This document shows, piece by piece, positions 28,832 to 39,207 of a stretch of DNA of 64,000 nucleotides. Each line of letters starts with the position of its first letter. Position 1 is the first letter of the stretch. This DNA is from Candidatus Woesearchaeota archaeon CG10_big_fil_rev_8_21_14_0_10_44_13 (GTDB taxonomy: Archaea; Nanobdellota; Nanobdellia; Woesearchaeales; UBA12501). The position numbers and the translations under genes were made by a program. Location: positions 7,464-71,463 of the forward strand of contig PCXZ01000003.1 in assembly GCA_002762985.1 (NCBI GenBank), read 5' to 3'. A model generated the notes under the pieces. The model made no database searches. It was not told where the DNA came from and was given only the letters and a program-made list of their open reading frames with translations.

Positions 28832-31027
28832 ATGAAAAAAATAAATCTGCATATAACTGGCATGCACTGCGCAAGCTGCGCTTTGATAATAAGCAAGCAC
28901 CTGACGAAAACAGACGGCGTCAAAGAGGCGAATGTGAATTTCTCCACTTCAAAGGCGACCGTCTCTTTTGATGAGACAAAGGTCCTGGAGAGCCAGATTC
29001 TGGAGATAGTGAAGAATGCGGGCTATGGCGCAGCGATCCTCACCCTGGGAAAAGATGATGCTCAAAAGCAGGCAGAGATGCAGAAAGCAGAGATTAAGGA
29101 CGCAAAACTCATGTTCCTCATCAGCCTTTTGTTCGCATTCCCTGCATTCATAATAGGCATGGTCCTTATGTGGATAGGGGTGGAGGTGCCTTATAAGGTG
29201 TATATCCTGTGGGCATTATCAACGCCCGTCCAGTTCTTCGTAGGATGGAGATTCTACAAAGGCACATGGCATTCCCTCAAGAATTTTTCAGCGAGCATGG
29301 ATACATTGATAGCTGTAGGCACGAGCGCTGCATATTTCTTCAGCATATATGTCGTGCTGTTCAATCCAATACTCGACCAGTATTTCGAGGTATCCGCAAT
29401 ACTGATAACATTCGTCATGCTGGGAAAATACCTTGAGATGAGGGCAAAGGAGAAGACATCTGATGCGATAAAGAAACTCATGGACCTTTCGCCGAAGATA
29501 GCGACAGTCATAAGGAATAATATCGAGATGCAGATAAAGGTCGACGATGTAGTCGAAGGGGATATCATAATCGTGAAGCCAGGCGAGAAGATCCCTGTGG
29601 ACGGGAAGATAATAGAAGGGATGTCTTCTGTCGATGAAAGCATGATAACAGGCGAAAGCATACCTGTCGAGAAGAAGAAAGGGGATCTTGTTGTAGGAGC
29701 GACGATAAACAAGAACGGAAGCTTCAGGTTCACTGCGACAAAGGTCGGAGAGAACACGACTCTTGCGCATATAATCAAGCTGATAGAGGAAGCGCAGGGC
29801 AAGAAGGCGCCCATACAGAGGTTTGCTGATGCTGTCTCTGCATATTTTGTGCCCGTTGTCATACTGCTTGCGATAATCACATTCTTGGTGTGGCTTGTTG
29901 TGTTGGGAAAAGGGGTATCTTTCGCGCTTATCGCAGGGGTTTCTGTGCTTGTGATAGCATGCCCATGCGCACTTGGCCTTGCGACACCGACTGCGATAAT
30001 GGTAGGCACTGGAAAAGGCGCAAAAGAGGGAGTATTGATCAAAGGAGGAGATGCCCTTGAGACTGCCCATAAGGTAAAGCATGTCATATTCGACAAGACC
30101 GGAACAATAACAAAAGGCATGCCAGAGGTGACAGATATCATCCCTCTAAGCAAAGAAAGCCCAGACTCATTGCTTCAGATCGGAGCAAGCATAGAGAAGC
30201 CATCAGAGCATCCTTTGGCTGACGCTATCGTGAAAAAGGCGAATGAGAAGAGCATATCATTAAGTTCGGCAACGAATTTCAAGGCAATATCCGGCCATGG
30301 CATTGAGGCAAAGATAAACAAGAAGCAGTATTATTTCGGGAATATGAGGCTTATGGAAAGAGAGAAGATCAAGATTGGCGACATCAAGGCAAGGGTCAAT
30401 GAGCTTGAGAGCCAGGGAAAGACAGTGATGATACTCTCTGATACGAAGAAGGCCCTGGGCATGATAGCGGTCGCAGACACGATAAAAGATACATCAAAGG
30501 CTGCTGTTGAAGAGCTGAGGAGGATGGGCATAGAGGTCTACATGATTACAGGAGACAATGAAAGGACCGCAAAAGCGATTGCAGCCCAGGCAGGCATAAC
30601 AAATGTTTTCTTTGAAGTGATGCCTGCGGATAAGGAGAGCTATGTGAGAAGGCTCCAGATACTCGGAAAAGTCGCGATGATAGGCGACGGCATAAACGAT
30701 TCGCCTGCATTGGCGCAGGCAGACATAGGCATAGCGATGGGCTCAGGCACAGATGTGGCTATGGAGACAGGCAACATTGTCCTGATGAGAAATGACCTCT
30801 TGGATGTGCCAAAGGCAATAAGGCTGAGCAGGAAGACGATGTCAAAGATAAGGCAGAACATGTTCTGGGCATTGTTCTACAACATACTCGGCATACCGAT
30901 CGCAGCAGGAGTGTTGTATCCATTCACAGGGTGGCTTCTGTCGCCGATAATCGCAGGCGGAGCGATGGCAATGAGCTCTGTGAGCGTAGTCAGCAACTCG
31001 CTGCTGCTGAAGTATAAGAGGATATGA
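28832..31027 (+). CDS. copA: Copper-translocating P1B-type ATPase
   Basis: GMHCASC, TGES, CPCALG, DKTGT, SEHPLA, GDGIND, YN and MAMSS. Confidence 0.96.
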   Translation: MKKINLHITGMHCASCALIISKHLTKTDGVKEANVNFSTSKATVSFDETKVLESQILEIVKNAGYGAAILTLGKDDAQKQAEMQKAEIKDAKLMFLISLLFAFPAFIIGMVLMWIGVEVPYKVYILWALSTPVQFFVGWRFYKGTWHSLKNFSASMDTLIAVGTSAAYFFSIYVVLFNPILDQYFEVSAILITFVMLGKYLEMRAKEKTSDAIKKLMDLSPKIATVIRNNIEMQIKVDDVVEGDIIIVKPGEKIPVDGKIIEGMSSVDESMITGESIPVEKKKGDLVVGATINKNGSFRFTATKVGENTTLAHIIKLIEEAQGKKAPIQRFADAVSAYFVPVVILLAIITFLVWLVVLGKGVSFALIAGVSVLVIACPCALGLATPTAIMVGTGKGAKEGVLIKGGDALETAHKVKHVIFDKTGTITKGMPEVTDIIPLSKESPDSLLQIGASIEKPSEHPLADAIVKKANEKSISLSSATNFKAISGHGIEAKINKKQYYFGNMRLMEREKIKIGDIKARVNELESQGKTVMILSDTKKALGMIAVADTIKDTSKAAVEELRRMGIEVYMITGDNERTAKAIAAQAGITNVFFEVMPADKESYVRRLQILGKVAMIGDGINDSPALAQADIGIAMGSGTDVAMETGNIVLMRNDLLDVPKAIRLSRKTMSKIRQNMFWALFYNILGIPIAAGVLYPFTGWLLSPIIAGGAMAMSSVSVVSNSLLLKYKRI

Positions 31028-31100
31028 ACCAATCGCAGATTCCCTGCGAATCTTGAGAATATACCTTAAAGCATATCAACCGAACATGTTAGGTGAAACT

Positions 31101-31328
31101 ATGAATAAAGCATTATTGCTGCCGATTACGCTTGCAGCATCATCAGCTTCAGTCTCTGCCCAATCAGGCTATGGCGGCAGCGGCTGTGGGATGATGGGTG
31201 CCGGTTATGGCGGAGTTTTTGGCAGCATCATCAGCCTGATCTACATCGCGCTTGCAGCATTCATAGTCTCAGCGATCTTCTGGCTGACATACAGGCTTTT
31301 CAACAAAGATCAGAAAAAGAAGGGATAG
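31101..31328 (+). CDS. Small Gly/Met-rich membrane protein (paralog of 33436)
   Basis: Signal peptide, GCGMMG, and TM segment YIALAAFIVSAIFWLTY. Confidence 0.75.
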   Translation: MNKALLLPITLAASSASVSAQSGYGGSGCGMMGAGYGGVFGSIISLIYIALAAFIVSAIFWLTYRLFNKDQKKKG

Positions 31329-31488
31329 GAAAAGACAACGACTTAAACATTTGATGGCCCGGTGATTATACTTTGATTCTTGTTACCTTCTCAAAATCAT
31401 AGAATTCACTTTCATAACATTTTTAAATGATCCGAAAAGACCAAACTGCACCAAAAAGATTAGATTTGCAAAAAGTAGGGGGGCAAGG

Positions 31489-31872
31489 ATGAAAATGAAT
31501 AAACTGGTCTTATTTATTGTATTGATGCTATTATCTGCTGTCATCAGCGGCTGCAACAAGTCTTCACCTATAGGCAGCGTTGTCCAAGAGAACGGCGCAG
31601 ATGGGGTTGTAGGGGCTGTGAAGGAGATCAATGTAAAAGCATTCCAGTTCGGATATGATCCTGATGTGATAAAAGTTAAAAAAGGGGAGAGGGTGAGGAT
31701 AAACATCGATAATTCCGACGTATTGCACGGCATAAGGGTGCCTGATTTGGGACTTAGGGGAGATTATAGCCTGGAATTCACAGCAGACAAGCAGGGCGAA
31801 TTCGCCTGGTATTGCACTAATATGTGCGGCCAGGGCCATATGGGGATGAAAGGGAAGCTGATTGTGGAATAA
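31489..31872 (+). CDS. Cupredoxin-domain lipoprotein (CuA-type)
   Basis: Lipobox ISGC, DVLHG and WYCTNMCGQGHMGM. Confidence 0.88.
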   Translation: MKMNKLVLFIVLMLLSAVISGCNKSSPIGSVVQENGADGVVGAVKEINVKAFQFGYDPDVIKVKKGERVRINIDNSDVLHGIRVPDLGLRGDYSLEFTADKQGEFAWYCTNMCGQGHMGMKGKLIVE

Positions 31873-32178
31873 GTTATAACACCAGGTTATAAGATATTAA
31901 GGGTGGAGCATGTTAACTATTTTTGGAAGAGGGATGGTTTATTGGACAGGGATCTTAACAGCTCTTTTTTTATAGTTTCTTTTCTTGGGGGCGGCTGTGT
32001 TTATGGCAAAAGAAAGGGTGATGGTGCTATATTGGGGGATATAAGGAGAATCCACAAATATGCCGTCTGGCTGGCCCTTCTATCTTTCTTGATTCATATG
32101 GCTTTAGCAATAATATCAAACAACCTTGCTCTCTGGTTCTGAATAGGGATTCTGAATAAGGAAAATATGATAGATGCC

Positions 32179-32454
32179 CTATCCCAGCCCGAAAGAATCC
32201 ACGAAATCGACCATGAGATTGTACTTGCTCAGGTAATCGAAGCCTTTGTTCGTAAGAGAATAAGTCTTGCCCTTCTTCGTATTTTCCTCGGTAATGAACC
32301 CCTTTTCGATCAGCTCTTTCAGGTATTCATTCATCATCTGGTGGGACAAGTTTGCCTTGTAAAGTATGTGCGTGGGTTTTATCCTTCCGTTCTTGTCCTT
32401 GATGGCATTCAGTATATCCTTGATCACCTGAAGCCTGTCTCTTTTCGCTCCCAT
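32179..32454 (-). CDS. Archaeal winged-helix transcriptional regulator
   Basis: KRDRLQVIKDIL...KPTHILYKANLS...YSLTNKG. Confidence 0.88.
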   Translation of the reverse strand: MGAKRDRLQVIKDILNAIKDKNGRIKPTHILYKANLSHQMMNEYLKELIEKGFITEENTKKGKTYSLTNKGFDYLSKYNLMVDFVDSFGLG

Positions 32455-32466
32455 GTTCCTATCGTC

Positions 32467-33129
32467 TCACTTATTGATCACTATGATAAGATTTATCAGG
32501 ATGAGTATGTATGCGACAAGGCCGAGCATGTGACCCAGGGCATAGAACAGGCTGTGGTTTATTGAAAATATGAAATGTATGCTTCCGAAGAGCAGGAATG
32601 CGAATGCGACAAGCACAAGCAGGGTCCTCTTCTGCTTCTTCCTTACGAATGCAACGAGATAATGTATCAGGATATATGTCAAGAGGACAGAAGACAGGAA
32701 ATAGAATGTATAGAATGTGTTTGATGCGAACCATAGCAGCGCATAAGCGAGTATGAACATCAATGAGAATGTCTTCGCACATTTCGTCTTTAGGGTCATA
32801 TAGACAAGGAAAAGAAGGCCTGATATGAAGAAGAACGTGTGGAAATATATGCCTAATGCATTCAGGGTGTCGATATTCGCAAGTTTCATCGCATTGCATA
32901 TATCCCTGTTGAGCTCGGAGACTATCATGAAATTGAGGAAAGACTGCGCCATGTAAGATGCCGAGATGAAGATGAATGAGACCCCGAAAAGCAGGGGCTG
33001 GTTCTCTCCCGAGAGCTTGTAGACCTTGAAGGCATATATCGCCACGAGCAGGGTCACAAAGGCGAACAGCAGCTCAAGAAGCACATCATACCCGAAGAAC
33101 CATTGCGGAATAAGATACATATGCACCAT
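32467..33129 (-). CDS. Multi-pass (~7 TM) membrane protein
   Basis: Seven hydrophobic segments, co-oriented with the wHTH gene. Start is uncertain (33129 or 33120). Confidence 0.8.
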   Translation of the reverse strand: MVHMYLIPQWFFGYDVLLELLFAFVTLLVAIYAFKVYKLSGENQPLLFGVSFIFISASYMAQSFLNFMIVSELNRDICNAMKLANIDTLNALGIYFHTFFFISGLLFLVYMTLKTKCAKTFSLMFILAYALLWFASNTFYTFYFLSSVLLTYILIHYLVAFVRKKQKRTLLVLVAFAFLLFGSIHFIFSINHSLFYALGHMLGLVAYILILINLIIVINK

Positions 33130-33435
33130 ACCGACGTAAAAGCACGTGTCATTTTTAAATTTTGTGAATCGATTCTCCTGATTTTCCTTTAATAATCGTT
33201 TAATAAATGATATGCGTAACAACCTGCATCAATAATGCGAGGTGAGACTATGAGGTATAAGGATCCGGGGTACAATAGGCTGTTGGTGATAGACATTTAT
33301 GATTTTTTTTGCTGATTTTCTTGGGTTCCCTGATGGGAGCAGGTGGTGCGGGCCTCCCTTTGGCCCCCACCATCGCCTAATCGTGGAAAAATTTAAATAA
33401 ACCCCCCTCTTTTCTCTTTCATAGAGGTGATTGAT

Positions 33436-33672
33436 ATGAAAAAATATATTGTTCTGCCTTTTTTATTCGCCCTTGCCAGCACATTAGTTTCAGCTGACTG
33501 GGGGGGAATGATGGGAGATTATGGTTCTGGAGGATATGGCATGATGGGATGGGGCGTGGGTGTTATGGGCCTGTTCGGGCTTTTGTACCTGGCATTGGCC
33601 GCTTTCATCGTGTCAGGGATATTCTGGCTGACTTATAAGTGGATTGTAAAGGATAAGGGAAGAAAGAGGTGA
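33436..33672 (+). CDS. Small Gly/Met-rich membrane protein (paralog of 31101)
   Basis: GGMMG..GYGMMG and YLALAAFIVSGIFWLTY. GAGGTGA SD upstream. Confidence 0.8.
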   Translation: MKKYIVLPFLFALASTLVSADWGGMMGDYGSGGYGMMGWGVGVMGLFGLLYLALAAFIVSGIFWLTYKWIVKDKGRKR

Positions 33673-33923
33673 AGAATATGGCGGAAAAGCTGAATTCGCT
33701 CGCATTAGGCTATTCAGCGGCTATAATAGCAGGCGCATGCATGTTATTGCTGAGCTTGGCCGGATATTTTGGGATGTACCCCGGGGCTGTTGAGATGATG
33801 ACCAATGCCCATATGTTCTACTCGCTGAGCATATTGGGGACTATAACCGGGATTATAGAAGCCGCAGTTATGGCGTTCGTGACAGGACATGTTTTCGGGA
33901 GATTATACAACAGGCTCGCTTAG
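33669..33923 (+). CDS. Small membrane protein (DUF5676-like)
   Basis: Two TM helices with H.FY motif, ending G.LYNRL. Confidence 0.75.
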   Translation: MKNMAEKLNSLALGYSAAIIAGACMLLLSLAGYFGMYPGAVEMMTNAHMFYSLSILGTITGIIEAAVMAFVTGHVFGRLYNRLA

Positions 33924-34012
33924 AAAAACATCGAAAAACAAAAAGTATATAAGCATCCTCAGCTTCATCAATCAAGATAATTTAAAAAAGGGTTGGTGTT
34001 GGGAGAAAAGAG

Positions 34013-34636
34013 ATGTTCAGAAAAAAGGTGAGTAGTAGATCATTCAGCTTGGGCATCAGCCTCAGCGCAATATTATTTTTTGTTCTATGTGCAGTCTTCT
34101 CGTCAGCAGCAGAGAGGGCAGACTATGTTGACAGGAGCGGGAAACAGATCAGCGGCCGCGAAGGCCAGACATACACCGTCGATTTCAGCGACAAGTCTTA
34201 TGTAGTAAAGATAAGCAGCATAGAGGGGGATTATGTCACAGTATATGTCGATGGCGAAGGCCCTAAAACTATAAGGGAGCAGGAGACTGCGCTCTTTGCC
34301 AGGACAAAAGAAGGCACAGCTATGAGCATCGAGGTCATAGGCGTAAGCGGGAATTACACAAACCTCAGGATGAGGATGGTTGCAGGCATCAAGCCGGCTG
34401 AACCTGTTGTCGAATCTCCAGCGTATATAGTCGAGGACAAAGTCCAGGCAGAAGCCAGCCAGACACAGGCAGGGACAGCTCAACAATCATACTCTGCATC
34501 AGACAAGATGATTACAGGCGTTCTTATCGCAGTCGCTTCAGTGCTTATGGTGTTTTTTGTCAGGCATTTGATGAGGAAAAAGGCCAGGACCAAGCCCAGC
34601 AGGATAATCATAAAGAAGGCTAAAAGAGGGCGATAA
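34013..34636 (+). CDS. Surface protein with signal peptide and C-terminal TM anchor
   Basis: Hydrophobic N- and C-termini with a basic tail. Confidence 0.75.
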   Translation: MFRKKVSSRSFSLGISLSAILFFVLCAVFSSAAERADYVDRSGKQISGREGQTYTVDFSDKSYVVKISSIEGDYVTVYVDGEGPKTIREQETALFARTKEGTAMSIEVIGVSGNYTNLRMRMVAGIKPAEPVVESPAYIVEDKVQAEASQTQAGTAQQSYSASDKMITGVLIAVASVLMVFFVRHLMRKKARTKPSRIIIKKAKRGR

Positions 34637-34709
34637 TTCTTGTTCTTTTTTTATTGATACCAAAAACTATATAAAGCAAAATCGAAAAAAAGCCATTTAA
34701 GGCATATAT

Positions 34710-34814
34710 GCGCCAGTAGTCTAATGGTTAGGATAGGGCCTTGCCAAGGCTCTGATCCGGGTTCAAAAGAGGCGGTTATGCACAATAACCCTCATGAAAG
34801 TCCCGGCTGGCGCA
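34710..34814 (+). tRNA. tRNA-Gly(GCC) with 33-nt T-loop intron (34768-34800)
   Basis: Acceptor GCGCCAG/CTGGCGC and anticodon arm GGGCC-TT-GCC-AA-GGCTC. Intron removal restores CCGGG-TTCAAAT-CCCGG. Confidence 0.92.
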
Positions 34815-34820
34815 TTCAAT

Positions 34821-34912
34821 AAAGGTTAAATTCCAGACGAGCTTGCGAGTCGGAATTTCACCTTTTTGAATGTCTGATAATCCCAGACGAGGCTTGCCGA
34901 GTCGGGATTATC
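34821..34912. repeat. Paired hairpin repeat unit downstream of tRNA-Gly
   Basis: Two hairpins with core CCAGACGAG(G)CTTG(C)CGAGTCGG. Confidence 0.85.
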
Positions 34913-34927
34913 TATACAAGTTACATC

Positions 34928-35139
34928 GGGCCCGTAGCTTAGCCTGGCAGATGGTTACGCGCATCTGGAGCGCAAACGCAAGGTGGGCATAAAACTTCGT
35001 TTTAGCCCCCCGACGAACGCAGAAGTTGAGCGTACCACCTGGGCAATGGAGCACTGCTCTTATATGGGAGTGTTTCGGTCATGAAGCTGACACAGCTTGA
35101 GCGAAGCAGTGGTCGCGAGTTCAAATCTCGTCGGGCCCA
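34928..35139 (+). tRNA. tRNA-Ile(UAU) with two introns (D-loop 34948-35046; canonical 37/38 35065-35103)
   Basis: Acceptor GGGCCCG/CGGGCCC, anticodon arm CTGCT-CT-TAT-A^A-AGCAG and T-arm GCGAG-TTCAAAT-CTCGT. BHB geometry at both introns. Confidence 0.85.
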
Positions 35140-35144
35140 TTAAA

Positions 35145-35238
35145 GAAAGGCAAAATGCCAGACGAGGCTTGCCGAGTCGGCATTTTGCCTTTTTAAATGC
35201 ATAATAATCCCAGACGAGCTTGCGAGTCGGGATTATTT
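35145..35238. repeat. Paired hairpin repeat unit downstream of tRNA-Ile
   Basis: Same two cores as 34821-34912 with different but still complementary outer stems. Confidence 0.85.
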
Positions 35239-35542
35239 TTGCATTAATTTATTTTTGGGGTTGTAAGAGAGTACCTATTTTTTTAGGTTAGTGCTCTTTT
35301 TATTTCCTCTGAAATTAGCCACGCCCAAAACCGAAGCAACCCACCTCTATCCCACCCTATCACCTCAAGGTGCCCGATTCACAAAAGGAGAGCATAAAGA
35401 TTTAGTTGTGCGCATTGGGATTGTTGTGCAGAAATCAGTTATGCGGCCATGAGCCATATCGATGAGTTGTGCGGTGGAGGCGAATGGAATGATGTCGTTT
35501 TTAGTAATATTTAAAAAGGCGCCTTATCAAAACTAATATATC

Positions 35543-35656
35543 GCCCCGGTAGTGTAGCCCGGAAATGACCCATGCGGTTATTGGGTAAACAATCATTTCG
35601 CCCTCTCGATTTTCAGGGGAAAGGCGAAGACCCGAGTTCAAATCTCGGCCGGGGCA
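35543..35656 (+). tRNA. tRNA-Glu(CUC) with two introns (D-loop 35563-35588; canonical 35609-35621)
   Basis: Acceptor GCCCCGG/CCGGGGC, anticodon arm TCGCC-CT-CTC-G^A-GGCGA and T-arm CCGAG-TTCAAAT-CTCGG. Confidence 0.88.
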
Positions 35657-35670
35657 TCTAATCCTATATC

Positions 35671-36783
35671 CTAACCAAGAACCTTATGCTTCAGTTTTGA
35701 CAAGAACTCGATGAACGGTTTCTTTTTCAGCCCGATCGTATGATACGGGCAGAGCTCATGGCAGCAGAAGCAATGTATGCATCTTCTCCTGTTGAACACA
35801 GGGTAAGGGTTGAGCCTTATCGCCTTGGAATAGCAGACCTTTGCGCATGCGCCGCACCTGACGCATCTCTCTTTAATCACATGCGGCTCTGGCACGCTGT
35901 ACCTGAAGATAAGCTCGCTTATTATGGCAGGCACACGTGATGAGTTTGCCCCCGCGTGCCTGAAACGTATCTTTTTTATCTCCCCTGAGACATTTACCTT
36001 GTCAGGATCGAGCAGCCTCCTGGCGATTGCGAATCTCGTAGTGTAGACTTTCCCTTCAAGGCCGATCATCTTCTCGACTACAAGGTCGAGGGCAGCAGCG
36101 TCGTCAGCAGCGATAACAAGGCCGATCTTTTTCGGGTCCCCTCCTGATGGCCCGTCCCCTTCCATGCCCACTATCCCATCCATTATATTCAGCTCAGGCA
36201 TTATGAGGGAATATATATCGACAATCAGATTGCAGAATCTCTTTTCGCTCGGCGCTTTGACATGATATTTCTGCTTCAAAACCCCCGGTATGCAGCCGAA
36301 CAGGTTCTTCACAGCGCCGGTGTATTTTGTCAGCGTGTGCGTCTTCAGCTTAGGCAGGTTTATTATCAGATCCGCCTCAAAAAGAATCTTTGAGACCTTA
36401 GTCTCTTTCAATACCTTCGCGCCTTCTATCCTTTTTGTGATGATGCTCTCCGAGCTCAATGATACGAGCTTCGCATCATATCTCCTTGCGACTTCAGCGA
36501 TCCCGCAGACCTCATAGTTCTTCAGCGTCGAGGTGAATCCTGAGCTCTCTGCGATTATTATACTGCAATCTTTCTCCCTGAGGACCCTGCAGACAGCTTC
36601 AACTACAGAAGGATGAGTCGTTACAGCATCATTCGGCCTGCTCCCATTGAGGACATTCGGCTTGAGAATCACTTTAGATCCAGGTTTTATCCGGAAGCCG
36701 ATGTCATCTATAACTTTTTTTATTGCAGCATATACCCTTGCCTTGTCATAAGAACTGCATTTGACTATTGAGACGTTTGGCAT
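35671..36783 (-). CDS. DUF362 protein with C-terminal 4Fe-4S dicluster
   Basis: LKPN, VTTHP, NLPKLKTH, AVKNLFG and GDGP, followed by CVRCGAC and CIHCFCC. Confidence 0.92.
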   Translation of the reverse strand: MPNVSIVKCSSYDKARVYAAIKKVIDDIGFRIKPGSKVILKPNVLNGSRPNDAVTTHPSVVEAVCRVLREKDCSIIIAESSGFTSTLKNYEVCGIAEVARRYDAKLVSLSSESIITKRIEGAKVLKETKVSKILFEADLIINLPKLKTHTLTKYTGAVKNLFGCIPGVLKQKYHVKAPSEKRFCNLIVDIYSLIMPELNIMDGIVGMEGDGPSGGDPKKIGLVIAADDAAALDLVVEKMIGLEGKVYTTRFAIARRLLDPDKVNVSGEIKKIRFRHAGANSSRVPAIISELIFRYSVPEPHVIKERCVRCGACAKVCYSKAIRLNPYPVFNRRRCIHCFCCHELCPYHTIGLKKKPFIEFLSKLKHKVLG

Positions 36784-36842
36784 GAGAAGAAGAGTAAAAA
36801 GAAAGTATAAAAAGTTTTATGTTCTGCTATCAGGGTCATTTC

Positions 36843-38071
<1,229 letters not shown>

Positions 38072-38182
38072 TTAAAGATTTATTATCATTATATAATGGG
38101 GAATGGCCTATTGTTGATGGAAAGCGATATTAGCCTGAATAGACAGAAATATTTATATATAATTTTCTTTTTGGGGGTTTAT

Positions 38183-38878
38183 ATGGCCAAACCAAAGCAT
38201 ATAGGGATAATCCTGGACGGCAACAGGAGATTTGCCAAAAGGCTCATGCTTGAGCCCTGGAAAGGCCATGAATTCGGCGTCGATAAGGTGAAACAGCTCC
38301 TGAAATGGTGCAAAAGGCAGGAGATAAAAGAGCTCACTCTTTATGCATTCTCAATGCAGAACTTCAACAGGCCTAAGAAGGAGTTCGATTTCATAATGGG
38401 CCATTTCACAAAAGCGTTCAATGACATAGTTGAGAACGAGGATATCCACAAGAACAAGGTGAGGATGAGGGCGTTTGGAAGGATAAATCTGCTGCCGAAA
38501 GAGGTCCAGGCAGCGATAAAACGAGCAGAGGAAGCCACAAAGGATTACAAGGGTTATTTCGTCAATGTCGCGATAGCTTATGGCGGAAGAGAGGAGATCG
38601 TAGATGCCGTCAAGAAGATCGGCAGGGCCATTGAGGACGGGAAACTCAAGCCTGAGCAGATAACAGAAGCTATGTTCCAGAAGAGCCTTTATATTGCAGA
38701 CGAGCCTGACCTGATAATAAGGACCGGCGGCGATCATAGGACTTCCAACTTCCTTGTCTGGCAGTCCAATTATTCTGAATGGATATTCCTTGAGAAGACA
38801 TGGCCTGAGTTCGAGGAAGAGGATTTAATCAAGTGCGTGGATGAGTTTGAGAAGAGGGAAAGAAGGTTCGGGAAGTAA
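38183..38878 (+). CDS. uppS: cis-prenyltransferase (polyprenyl diphosphate synthase)
   Basis: HIGIILDGNRR, YAFS..NFNR, YGGR and DLIIRTGG..RTSNFL. Confidence 0.96.
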   Translation: MAKPKHIGIILDGNRRFAKRLMLEPWKGHEFGVDKVKQLLKWCKRQEIKELTLYAFSMQNFNRPKKEFDFIMGHFTKAFNDIVENEDIHKNKVRMRAFGRINLLPKEVQAAIKRAEEATKDYKGYFVNVAIAYGGREEIVDAVKKIGRAIEDGKLKPEQITEAMFQKSLYIADEPDLIIRTGGDHRTSNFLVWQSNYSEWIFLEKTWPEFEEEDLIKCVDEFEKRERRFGK

Positions 38879-38898
38879 TTGCTGTTATCTTTGATTGT

Positions 38899-39207
38899 TC
38901 ACCCAAAAATGACCTTAAAACTCTTCGAGTCTATAACTTCTGTCCTGACTTTCCTTCCAGGTTTCAGGCCGAGCTTCTCAGGCAGCGTTATCCCTATGGA
39001 ATTGCCTATCTTTATTATCTTCCTTTCGCCGCCTATCATCTCTCTTATCTCTTTCAGCCTGCCATATTCCATGGCCTGCTCTTTTGTGAATGTAATGTGG
39101 CCGCATCCAGGGCAGACCAAGGCCTTTGTTGTGATGCTGCCTACCTTAACCATTTTCTCTGCAAAAAATTTCCCGCAATCACACCTTATCTTCCTTGCCT
39201 TTTCCAT
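38899..39207 (-). CDS. Zn-ribbon + AbrB-type antitoxin
   Basis: CDCG...CPGCG followed by RKIIKIGNSIGITLP. Confidence 0.8.
   Translation of the reverse strand: MEKARKIRCDCGKFFAEKMVKVGSITTKALVCPGCGHITFTKEQAMEYGRLKEIREMIGGERKIIKIGNSIGITLPEKLGLKPGRKVRTEVIDSKSFKVIFG

Noticed and set aside
29254-30153. Long antisense ORFs (here and opposite other genes)
   Set aside because: Shadow ORFs of well-supported genes such as copA, the antiporter and gap.
31903-32142. 79-aa ORF
   Set aside because: GTG start, no recognisable motif, and lies in a low-complexity convergent intergenic region.
34821-35238. CRISPR array
   Set aside because: Only four repeats, unevenly spaced and interleaved with tRNAs. The flanks pair with each other rather than being unique spacers, and no cas genes are present.
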